Source of the DNA: Cyanophora paradoxa CCMP329
Lineage: Eukaryota > Plantae > Glaucophyta
Direction: 5' to 3'
NCBI GenBank assembly: GCA_004431415.1
Contig: QPMI01000454.1
Coordinates: 21,558 to 85,557, forward strand
DNA: 64,000 bases
The translations under genes and the position numbers were made by a program. This document shows positions 59,401-64,000 of this stretch, piece after piece; within the stretch, counting starts at the first letter, position 1; each line of letters opens with the position of its first letter. The notes below the pieces were generated by a model. It ran no database searches. It saw only the letters and a list, made by a program, of their open reading frames with translations, and was not told where the DNA came from.

Positions 59401-62400
59401 AAGGATCACTGCTGCTATTTAAGGCCGGATTCAGTCTTGGATAGGTTCGGGCTGCTGCGCAAAAAATCCACGCTCCCCGCCGCCAGGGTACAGGGTGGTA
59501 GGCCCTCTGCAAAAACGGGTGTCCGAGGGGGACGCTCAGTCGGCAAGGGGATCTGCGCTTGAGGCCACCCTGTGCATGTCAGATTTCGTACAGAGCTGCC
59601 TGCACTCTCTCAAGGTGCATGCAGGGGGTCGGCAGCCAAGGCCGCGACGGCCGGGGTACAGGAACATCTGGAACGGGATGCGCACCTTGGGAAGGGAACT
59701 TTTGGAAGCTTGCTTCGGGCAGCTGGCAGTGAGTGCAAAAAAGATCACTGCTGCTATTTAAGGTCGGATTCGGTCTTGGATAGGTTTGGGCTGCTGCGCA
59801 AAAAATCCACGCTCCCCGCCGCCAGGGTACAGGGTGGCGGGCCCTCTGCGAGAACGGGTGTCCGAGGTGGACGCTCAGTCGGCAAGGGGATCTGCGCTTG
59901 AGGCCACCCTGTGCATGTCAGATTTCGTACAGAGCTGCCTGCACTCTCTCAAGGTGCAGGGAGGGGGTCGGCAGCCAAGGCGGCGACGGCCGGGGTACAG
60001 GAACATCTGGAACGGGATGCGCACCTTGGGACGGGAAGCTTGCTTCGGGCAGCTGGCAGTGAGGGCGAAAAAGGATCACTGCTGCTGTTTAAGGTCGGAT
60101 TCAGTCTTGGATAGGTTTGGGCTGCTGCGCAAAAAATCCACGCTCCCCGCCGCCAGGGTACAGGGTGGTGGCCCTCTGCAAAAAGGGTGTCCGAGGGGGC
60201 GCTCAGTCGGCAAGGGGATCTGCGCTTGAGGCCACCCTGTGCATGTCAGATTTCGTACAGAGCTGCCTGCACTCTCTCAAGGTGCAGGAGGGGGTCGGCA
60301 GCCAAGGCGGCGACGGCCGGGGTACAGGAACATCTGGAACGGGATGCGCACCTTGGGACGGGAACTTTCGGAAGCTTGCTTCGGGCAGCTGGCAGTGAGG
60401 CAAAAAAGGATCACTGCTGCTGTTTAAGGTCGGATTCAGTCTTGGATAGGTTGGGCTGCTGCGCAAAAAATCCACGCTCCCCGCCGCCAGGGTACAGGGT
60501 GGTGGACCCTCTGCAAAAACGGTGTCCGAGGGGGACGCTCAGTCGGCAAGGGGATCTGCGCTTGAGGCCACCCTGTGCATGTCAGATTTCGTACAGAGCT
60601 GCCTGCACTCTCTCAAGGTGCATGCAGGGGGTCGGCAGCCAAGGCGGCGACGGCCGGGGTACAGGAACATCTGGAACGGGATGCGCACCTTGGGACGGGA
60701 ACTTTGGAAGCTTGCTTCGGGCAGCTGGCAGTGAGGGCAAAAAGGATCACTGCTGCTGTTTAAGGTCGGATTCAGTCTTGGATAGTGTCGGGCTGCTGCG
60801 CAAAAAATCCACGCTCCCCGCCGCCAGGGTACAGGGTGGTGGGCCCTCTGCAAAAACGGGTGTCCGAGGGGGACGCTCAGTCGGCAAGGGGATCTGCGCT
60901 TGAGGCCACCCTGTGCATGTCAGATTTCGTACAGAGCTGCCTGCACTCTCTCAAGGTGCAGGGAGGGGGTCGGCAGCCAAGGCGGCGACGGCCGGGGTAC
61001 AGGAACATCTGGAACGGGATGCGCACCTTGGGACGGGAAGCTTGCTTCGGGCAGCTGGCAGTGAGGGCAAAAAGGATCACTGCTCTGTTTAAGGTCGGAT
61101 TCAGTCTTGGATAGGTTCGGGCTGCTGCGCAAAAAATCCACGCTCCCCGCCGCCAGGGTACAGGGTGGCGGGCCCTCTGCGAGAACGGGTGTCCGAGGGG
61201 GACGCTCAGTCGGCAAGGGGATCTGCGCTTGAGGCCACCCTGTGCATGTCAGATTTCGTGCAGAGCTGCCTGCACTCTCTCAAGGTGCATGCAGGGGGTC
61301 GGCAGCCAAGCCGGCGACGGCCGGGGTACAGGAACATCTGGAACGGGATGCGCACCTTGGGACGGGAAGCTTGCTTCGGGCAGCTGGCAGTGAGGGCGAA
61401 AAAGGATCACTGCTGCTGTTTAAGGTCGGATTCAGTCTTGGATAGGTTTGGGCTGCTGCGCAAAAAATCCACGCTCCCCGCCGCCAGGGTACAGGGTGGC
61501 GGACCCTCTGCAAAAATGGGTGTCCGAGGGGGGCGCTCAGTCGGCAAGGGGATCTGCGCTTGAGGCCACCCTGTGCATGTCAGATTTCGTACAGAGCTGC
61601 CTGCACTCTCTCAAGGTGCAGGGAGGGGGTCGGCAGCCAAGGCGGCGACGGCCGGGGTACAGGAACATCTGGAACGGGATGCGCACCTTGGGACGGGAAC
61701 TTTCGGAAGCTTGCTTCGGGCAGCTGGCAGTGAGTGCAAAAAAGGATCACTGGAGCTGTTTAAGGTCGGATTCGGTCTTGGATAGGTTTGGGCTGCTGCG
61801 CAAAAAATCCACGCTCCCCGCCGCCAGGGTACAGGGTGGTGGACCCTCTGCAAAAACAGGTGTCCGAGGGGGGCGCTCAGTCGGCAAGGGGATCTGCGCT
61901 TGAGGCCACCCTGTGCATGTCAGATTTCGTACAGAGCTGCCTGCACTCTCTCAAGGTGCATGCAGGGGGTCGGCAGCCAAGGCGGCGACGGCCGGGGTAC
62001 AGGAACATCTGGAACGGGATGCGCACCTTGGGACGGGAACTTTTGGAAGCTTGCTTCGGGCAGCTGGCGGTGAGGGCGAAAAAGGATCACTGCTGCTGTT
62101 TAAGGTCGGATTCAGTCTTGGATAGATTTGGGCTGCTGCGCAAAAAATCCACGCTCCCCGCCGCCAGGGTACAGGGTGGTGGGCCCTCTGCAAAAACGGG
62201 TGTCCGAGGGGGACGCTCAGTCGGCAAGGGGATCTGCGCTTGAGGCCACCCTGTGCATGTCAGATTTCGTACAGAGCTGCCTGCACTCTCTCAAAGTGCA
62301 GGGAGGGGGTCGGCAGCCAAGGCGGCGACGGCCGGGGTACAGGAACATCTGGAACGGGATGCGCACCTTGGGACGGGAAGCTTGCTTCGGGCAGCTGGCG

Positions 62401-64000
62401 GTGAGGGCTAAAAAGGATCACTGCTCTGTTTAAGGTCGGATTCAGTCTTGGATAGGTTCGGGCTGCTGCGCAAAAAATCCACGCTCCCCGCCGCCAGGGT
62501 ACAGGGTGGCGGGCCCTCTGCGAGAACGGGTGTCCGAGGGGGACGCTCAGTCGGCAAGGGGATCTGCGCTTGAGGCCACCCTGTGCATGTCAGATTTCGT
62601 GCAGAGCTGCCTGCACTCTCTCAAGGTGCATGCAGGGGGTCGGCAGCCAAGCCGGCGACGGCCGGGGTACAGGAACATCTGGAACGGGATGCGCACCTTG
62701 GGACGGGAAGCTTGCTTCGGGCAGCTGGCAGTGAGGGCGAAAAAGGATCACTGCTGCTGTTTAAGGTCGGATTCAGTCATAGATAGGTTCGGGCTGCTAC
62801 GCAAAACAATCCACGCTCCCCGCCGCCAGGGTACAGGGTGGTGGGCCCTCTGCAAAAACCGGTGTCCGAGGGGGACGCTCAGTCGGCAAGGGGATCTGCG
62901 CTTGAGGCCACCCTGTGCATATCAGATTTCGTACAGAGCTGCCTGCACTCTCTCAAGGTGCATGCGCAGGGGGTCGGCAGCCAAGGCGGCGACGGCTGGG
63001 GTACAGGAACATCTGGAACGGGATGCGCACCTTTGGACGGGAAGCTTGCTTCGGGCAGCTGGCAGTGAGTGCAAAAAAGATCACTGCTGCTGTTTAAGGT
63101 CGGATTCGGTCTTGGCTAGTGTAGGGCTGCTGCGCAAAAAATCCACGCTCCCCGCCGCCAGGGTACAGGGTGGTGGGCCCTCTGCAAAAACGGGTGTCCG
63201 AGGGGGACGCTCAGTCGGCAAGGGGATCTGCGCTTGAGGCCACCCTGTGCATGTCAGATTTCGTACAGAGCTGCCTGCACTCTCTCAAGGTGCATGCAGG
63301 GGGTCGGCAGCCAAGGCGGCGACGGCCGGGGTACAGGAACATCTGGAACGGGATGCGCACCTTGGGACGGGAACTTTCGGAAGCTTGCTTCGGGCAGCTG
63401 GCAGTGAGGGCGAAAAAGGATCACTGCTGCTGTTTAAGGTCGGATTCAGTCATAGATAGGTTCGGGCTGCTGCGCAAAAAATCCACGCTCCCCGCCGCCA
63501 GGGTACAGGGTGGCAGACCCTCTGCAAAAACGGGTGTCCGAGGGGGACGCTCAGTCGGCAAGGGGATCTGCGCTTGAGGCCACCCTGTGCATGTCAGATT
63601 TCGTACAGAGCTGCCTGCACTCTCTCAAGGTGCAGGGAGGGGGTCGGCAGCCAAGGCGGCGACGGCCGGGGTACAGGAACATCTGGAACAGGATGCGCAT
63701 CTTGGGACGGGAACTTTCGGAAGCTTGCTTCGGGCAGCTGGCAGTGAGTGCAAAAAAGATCACTGCTGCTGTTTAAGGTCGGATTCGGTCTTGGCTAGTG
63801 TAGGGCTGCTGCGCAAAAAATCCACGCTCCCCGCCGCCAGGGTACAGGGTGGTGGGCCCTCTGCAAAAACGGGTGTCCGAGGGGGATGCTCAGTCGGCAA
63901 GGGGATCTGCGCTTGGGGCCACCCTTTGCATGTCAGCTTTCGTACAGAGCTGCCTGCACTCTCTCAAGGTGCAGGAGGGGGTCGGCAGCCAAGGCGGCGA
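47455..64000. repeat. Tandem satellite array, 330-340 bp monomer, roughly 49 copies in the window, continues past the right edge
   Basis: Monomer GGGATCTGCGCTTGAGGCCACCCTGTGCATGTCAGATTTCG... repeated head-to-tail; two length classes differ by a 9-bp indel (ACTTTCGGA); the first monomer is internally deleted. Confidence 0.98.
54826..54891. other. Unique 66-bp AT-rich insertion in one satellite monomer, flanked by a duplicated AGAGCT
   Basis: AGAGCT at 54820-54825 and 54892-54897; other monomers have this site uninterrupted. Confidence 0.8.

Noticed and set aside
47455-64000. Repeated 60-240 aa ORFs in the satellite as a tandem gene family
   Set aside because: Frames shift between monomers with A-tract and 9-bp indels; no domain motifs or consistent splice pattern.
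47455-64000. Satellite as a CRISPR array or a tandem 5S/snRNA/SL-RNA gene array
   Set aside because: No repeat-spacer alternation or cas genes and no recognisable 5S or U-snRNA sequence. A minus-strand GATTTTTTG resembles an Sm site but is too weak alone (an Rfam search would settle it).

Overview
Eukaryotic, very GC-rich nuclear DNA with dense short (~50-75 nt) spliceosomal introns. Most long ORFs in the track are GC-rich artefacts, so genes were rebuilt by eye by splicing exons. Ciliary-type genes (ARMC2, CCDC17-like), a Phe-containing transit-peptide-like leader and the intron style suggest a flagellated alga, possibly a glaucophyte such as Cyanophora (inference only). Left ~41 kb, compact gene-rich region: disrupted TRANK1-like UvrD helicase, double-arrestin gene, ARMC2, DHHC palmitoyltransferase, tail-anchored protein, membrane-anchored SET protein, C2-UIM-NPF adaptor, CCDC17-like gene, unknown gene, Mss116-like DEAD-box helicase, RING-TRAF-4xMATH gene. 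41.6-47.4 kb is a mosaic of pseudogene fragments. 47.45 kb to the window end is a 330-340 bp satellite array with higher-order structure (candidate centromeric/heterochromatic). Highlights: (1) a recurrent micro-mutation turning a 3-nt word A into A-revcomp(A)-A, caught five times by comparing repeat or paralog copies or a conserved frame, which would explain the abundant hexamer-periodic palindrome chains; (2) an AT-AC minor-spliceosome intron plus a 7-nt microexon splitting the catalytic DHHC cysteine codon; (3) frequent GC-AG introns with a non-standard GY(G/C)CG donor consensus.
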